Part shown: in pieces, positions 35,471 through 36,941 of the stretch
Numbering within the stretch: the stretch's first letter is position 1
How the letters are laid out: every line of letters starts with the position of its first letter
NCBI GenBank assembly: GCA_029863065.1
Contig: JAOTWE010000003.1
Location: 1 to 36,941, forward strand
From: Betaproteobacteria bacterium
GTDB taxonomy: Bacteria > Pseudomonadota > Gammaproteobacteria > Burkholderiales > SG8-39
Length of the DNA: 36,941 nucleotides
Direction: 5' to 3'
Position numbers and translations under genes: made by a program
The notes under the pieces: model-generated
Databases searched by the model: none
Seen by the model: only the letters and a program-made list of their open reading frames with translations
Told to the model about the DNA's origin: nothing

Positions 35471-36799
35471 ATGAGGAAGATCCTGCTCGCCGCGGCCACC
35501 GCCGCGGCACTCGCGCCGTGCGTGGCGCTCGCCACCGATGGCTACTTTTCCCACGGCTACGGCATGAAGGCGAAGGGCCGCGCCGGCGCCTCCACCGCCA
35601 CGACCAGCGACAGCTTCGGCGGCGCGAACAACCCGGCCACCATGGTGTTTGCCGGGAGTCGCACGGACCTGGGCGTCGACTGGTTCCAGCCGGACCGCTC
35701 GGCGAGCCGCGCGGGCAGCACGGGGCTGGGTTTCGGCAACGTTGACGGTGCCGCGGACGGCAATGGCGTCAGCAGCTTTCTCATTCCAGAGTTCGGCTAC
35801 AACCGGATGATTGCGCCCGACATGTCGTTTGGCGTCACGGTGTACGGCAATGGCGGGATGAACACGGAATACTCCGGCGACACGATCCCCGCGGGACGTT
35901 GTGGGCCGGCCGCAGCGAATTTGCTATGTGGCTCTGGCAGCCTTGGCGTGGACCTGACGCAACTCATCATCGCGCCCACCCTCGCGCGCAAGATCGGCGG
36001 CGGCCAGTCATCGCTCGGCATCGCGCCGCTCATCGCCTACCAGCGCTTCAAGGCCTACGGCCTGCAGCCGTTCATGGCGATCTCTTCCGATCCCGCCAAC
36101 CTCACGAACAACGGCTACGACGACTCGTGGGGCTTCGGCGCGCGCTTCGGCTACTACGCGCAGCTCTCGCCGGATGTCTCCTTCGGCGCCGCCTACTCGA
36201 CCAAGATCAACATGCAGGAGTTCGAGAAGTACCGCGGCCTGTTCGCCGAGCACGGTGACTTCGACATCCCGGACAACTACAACCTTGGAGTCGCGTTCAA
36301 GGCCACGCCGAAGCTGACCGTCGCGGCCGACTACCAGCGCATCAACTACAGCAAGGTGGCCTCGGTCGGCAACCCGAGCAACCAGAGCGGCTGTGCGCCG
36401 ACCTTCCCGGCGGGCCCGGGCGTCGGCTCCGGCTGTCTCGGCGCCAGCGGCTCAAGTATCGGCTTTGGCTGGGACGATGTCAGCGTAATCAAGCTGGGCG
36501 TGGAGTACCAGTGGGACAGCAAGCTGCTGCTGCGCGCGGGCTACAACCGCACCGACAACCCGGTGCAGGCACGCGATGTGACCTTCAACATTCTCGCGCC
36601 GGGCGTCGTCACCGACCACCTCACACTTGGCTTCACCTATACGCTGGAACGCGGGTCGGAAATCACTATGGCGTACATGCACGCATTCGAGAATTCGACA
36701 TCGGGGCCCGCGACCAACCCCTACTTCAATGTCGGCGGCACCGAGACCCTAACGATGTCCCAGGACTCCCTCGGCATCTCGTGGGGGTGGAAGTTCTAG
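35471..36799 (+). CDS. FadL/OmpP1-family outer-membrane channel
   Basis: Signal peptide, TDGYFSHGYG...NNPA plug motif, GNGGMNT, LRAGY and C-terminal Phe (WGWKF). Confidence 0.88.
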   Translation: MRKILLAAATAAALAPCVALATDGYFSHGYGMKAKGRAGASTATTSDSFGGANNPATMVFAGSRTDLGVDWFQPDRSASRAGSTGLGFGNVDGAADGNGVSSFLIPEFGYNRMIAPDMSFGVTVYGNGGMNTEYSGDTIPAGRCGPAAANLLCGSGSLGVDLTQLIIAPTLARKIGGGQSSLGIAPLIAYQRFKAYGLQPFMAISSDPANLTNNGYDDSWGFGARFGYYAQLSPDVSFGAAYSTKINMQEFEKYRGLFAEHGDFDIPDNYNLGVAFKATPKLTVAADYQRINYSKVASVGNPSNQSGCAPTFPAGPGVGSGCLGASGSSIGFGWDDVSVIKLGVEYQWDSKLLLRAGYNRTDNPVQARDVTFNILAPGVVTDHLTLGFTYTLERGSEITMAYMHAFENSTSGPATNPYFNVGGTETLTMSQDSLGISWGWKF

Positions 36800-36941
36800 C
36801 CGGGGTCACGAAAGCCGTCCTCCTCGACCTGGACGGCACGCTTCTCGACACCGCGCCGGATCTCGCCGCCGCGGTCAACGCGATGCTCGCCGAGCAGGGG
36901 CTCGATCCCCTGCCCGAGGGCATCGTGCGTGATTTCATCGG
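36787..36941 (+). CDS. gph: Phosphoglycolate phosphatase (HAD), N-terminal part
   Basis: KAVLLDLDGTLLDTAPDLAAAVNAML...VRDFIG; GTG start tentative; runs off the window edge. Confidence 0.82.
   Translation, partial: MEVLAGVTKAVLLDLDGTLLDTAPDLAAAVNAMLAEQGLDPLPEGIVRDFI

Overview
High-GC proteobacterial (probably betaproteobacterial) chromosomal region almost entirely devoted to sulfur oxidation. The core is a complete reverse-Dsr operon on the minus strand: dsrABEFHCMKLJOPN, then a DsrC paralogue, dsrR and a soluble NarX/NarL-like two-component pair. No dsrS, dsrD or dsrT was recognised. Further left are a second DsrK/DsrM-like (Isp2/Isp1-like) pair with an FNR-type box, an HTH-ferredoxin-FNR fusion, and a cysG-Rieske-TrpD-like-yeeE-GlcG/HbpS-fba run. 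Divergent from dsrA is a compact operon of a TauD-like oxygenase, a TPR-like protein, an orphan Cas6/Cmx6-like RAMP and a cysteine-free DsrC paralogue, with no CRISPR array or other cas gene in the window; this is the most unusual element. An IS3-family element truncates a multiheme cytochrome c gene and abuts an orphan OmpR-type regulator. The right part holds conserved hypotheticals, two more 2OG-Fe(II) oxygenases and a sulfur-relay module (tandem TusA, a further DsrC paralogue, tusA, a CstR/CsoR-like repressor with two candidate operators, dsrE2, a FadL-like channel), ending in a partial gph. All calls come from motif recognition in the translations; no database search was run.
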